Assembly (NCBI GenBank): GCA_963833465.1 | Contig: CAWHXW010000004.1 | Coordinates: 310,366 to 374,365 of the forward strand | Direction of reading: 5' to 3' | Origin: Ignavibacteriota bacterium | Lineage (GTDB): Bacteria; Bacteroidota; Ignavibacteria; UBA10030 | DNA: 64,000 bases | The notes under the pieces: generated by a model | The model's input: the letters and a program-made list of their open reading frames with translations, nothing else | Database searches by the model: none | Told to the model about the DNA's origin: nothing | Part shown: positions 62,497 to 64,000 of the stretch, one piece after another | Position numbering within the stretch: the first letter of the stretch is position 1 | How the letters are laid out: each line of letters opens with the position of its first letter | Program-made: the position numbers and the translations under genes

Positions 62497-63048
62497 TTAC
62501 TTTACTGTCTCAATATTCCTGCCGATAAACAACCTTTGTGTGTAGCTCACAATCGACCACAACATAATCAAAACGCTCATCCAAATTAAATAAGAAAATA
62601 AATGATGTAAGGCATTAAGTTGAATAGTACCTAAGAAAAGAACCATAGCTACAAATGTAACAGCAATTTTACCGGGCCAATTTGATTGAGGCACTATTTT
62701 TTTCTTAAATTGAATGTAAAGTCCGCCGCTAAATATCAAAAAATCTCTTAAAAGAATAAAAGCTACAAACCAGACTGGTACATCTCCAGTCCAAGCTATC
62801 AGCACCGCGTAAATGCCGATGCCAATTTTATCTGCAAGAGGATCTATAATTTTACCGAAGTCTGTTACCTGATGTAATTTTCTCGCAAGGAATCCGTCAA
62901 GAAAATCTGTCGCGACTGCAATTATGATAATTCCTGCTGTCCACAAACGATGATACGGGAAATCCAAAACGAGACAATATCCCATTGGTATTACTAAAAA
63001 AATGCGGCTTGCGCTGAGAAAGTTAGAAATTGTAAAATAGCGATGCAT
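62497..63048 (-). CDS. CDP-alcohol phosphatidyltransferase family protein (PgsA-like)
   Basis: Contains DFLDGFLARKLHQVTDFGKIIDPLADK. Confidence 0.8.
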   Translation of the reverse strand: MHRYFTISNFLSASRIFLVIPMGYCLVLDFPYHRLWTAGIIIIAVATDFLDGFLARKLHQVTDFGKIIDPLADKIGIGIYAVLIAWTGDVPVWFVAFILLRDFLIFSGGLYIQFKKKIVPQSNWPGKIAVTFVAMVLFLGTIQLNALHHLFSYLIWMSVLIMLWSIVSYTQRLFIGRNIETVK

Positions 63049-64000
63049 TACTGATCGTTTTCGTTCTTTGCCGCTTCCGGATCTATTGGCACCGGATAGT
63101 CGCCGCTAAAACAGGCAGTGCAATAATGTTTGCCTTCTTCTGTTGGAGCCGATGCTAAAAGTTTATCCATTGGCAAATAGGAAAGACTGTCAACTCCTAA
63201 TTCCAACCGGATTGCTTCAATATCGCCGTTCAATCTGTTAGCAATCAATTCTCCGCGGCTTGGGAAATCCATACCATAATGACATGGAAATTTTATTGGA
63301 GGACTTGAAATACGAAAATGCACTTCTTTTGGTTCAGCTTCACGGATCATCTTCACTAATAATTTTGATGTAGTCCCTCGAACAATTGAATCATCAACAA
63401 TAATAACTATCTTATCTTTTAACACGCCCTTCACCGTATTGAATTTCACCTTCACTTTCAACTCACGATGATTTTGCTGCGGTTGGATAAACGTGCGCCC
63501 AACATAGTGATTGCGGATAAGTCCAAGCTCTAATTTTACTTTCGAACCGTGCTTGTTGCTTTCGGTAACATAGCCAAGAGTGCAGGTGTTGCTGGAATCA
63601 GGAACGCTTATAACAATTACTTTATCCACGGATGATTCAGGTGCAATCGGATTTTCGCCGGCAAGAAGTTTTCCTAACTTGCGGCGTACTTTATCAACAT
63701 TGACACCAAAGACTTTGCTATCCGGACGCGCAAAATATATATACTCAAAAATGCAATGATGAGGTTGTGAAGATTTCTTGGACACCCAGTAGGATTTAAT
63801 CTTATCGGTTACGACTGCATCTTTGTCGATCACAACAATTTCACCAGGCGCAATATCGCGTATATATACTGCACCATTTATATCGAACGCACAGGTTTCT
63901 GATGCTACAACATAAGCTCCATCCACTTTACCAAGTGCAAGAGGACGGAATCCATGCGGATCACGCGCTGCGATCAAACTATCATCCGTCAAAATAACTA
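63048..64000 (-). CDS. purF: Amidophosphoribosyltransferase, C-terminal part (gene continues beyond the right window edge)
   Basis: PRTase domain (IVIIVDDSIVRGTTS) and a C-terminal Cys-rich 4Fe-4S ligand region (CTACFSGDYP). The ORF is open to the window end. Confidence 0.8.
   Translation of the reverse strand, partial: VILTDDSLIAARDPHGFRPLALGKVDGAYVVASETCAFDINGAVYIRDIAPGEIVVIDKDAVVTDKIKSYWVSKKSSQPHHCIFEYIYFARPDSKVFGVNVDKVRRKLGKLLAGENPIAPESSVDKVIVISVPDSSNTCTLGYVTESNKHGSKVKLELGLIRNHYVGRTFIQPQQNHRELKVKVKFNTVKGVLKDKIVIIVDDSIVRGTTSKLLVKMIREAEPKEVHFRISSPPIKFPCHYGMDFPSRGELIANRLNGDIEAIRLELGVDSLSYLPMDKLLASAPTEEGKHYCTACFSGDYPVPIDPEAAKNENDQ

Overview
This 64-kb window looks like a chromosomal, mostly housekeeping region from a low-GC Bacteroidetes/Chlorobi/Ignavibacteria-group bacterium. 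The lineage call rests on proteins ending in T9SS-type C-terminal domains, a PIG-L/BshB-like deacetylase, a DapL-type diaminopimelate aminotransferase and many DUF11 surface proteins. Nearly all genes are on the minus strand. Identified with good support: riboflavin genes (ribD, ribE), dxs, xseA/xseB, secG, a partial System-I cytochrome c maturation cluster (ccmA-B-C-D-E), htpX, rho, folC, pyrK/pyrD, folE/queD, two peroxiredoxins, panD, an nfeD-SPFH pair, cspA, maf, mutL, ftsY and purF. There are three tRNAs: Lys-CTT and two tandem Ser.

Four things are unusual:
(1) A roughly 7.4-kb gene for a giant secreted DUF11 adhesin-like protein contains at least 10 tandem 354-bp (118-aa) repeats, several nearly identical at the nucleotide level. 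It sits in a cluster of three DUF11 proteins.
(2) A 783-aa family-B (Pol II-like) DNA polymerase homologue has its polymerase and exonuclease catalytic motifs substituted (DTD->TGE, SLYPS lost). It lies directly downstream of nfeD-SPFH, apparently in the same operon.
(3) Six genes are broken by single-base frameshifts: adhesin, sensor kinase, dapL, ccmE, pyrD and ftsY. Five of the six map exactly onto GTAC motifs, and four are a GTAC->GGTAC change. That points to a systematic sequencing or assembly artefact, or a modification-linked error, rather than six independent pseudogenes.
(4) A C-terminal fragment of a tyrosine integrase lies next to the 3' end of tRNA-Lys, the scar of a lost integrative element.

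Other notes: the CcmE is a CxxxY-type variant; there is a GC-rich structured intergenic element between two DUF11 genes; and an ~800-bp non-coding AT-rich gap separates htpX from the carbon-nitrogen hydrolase gene.
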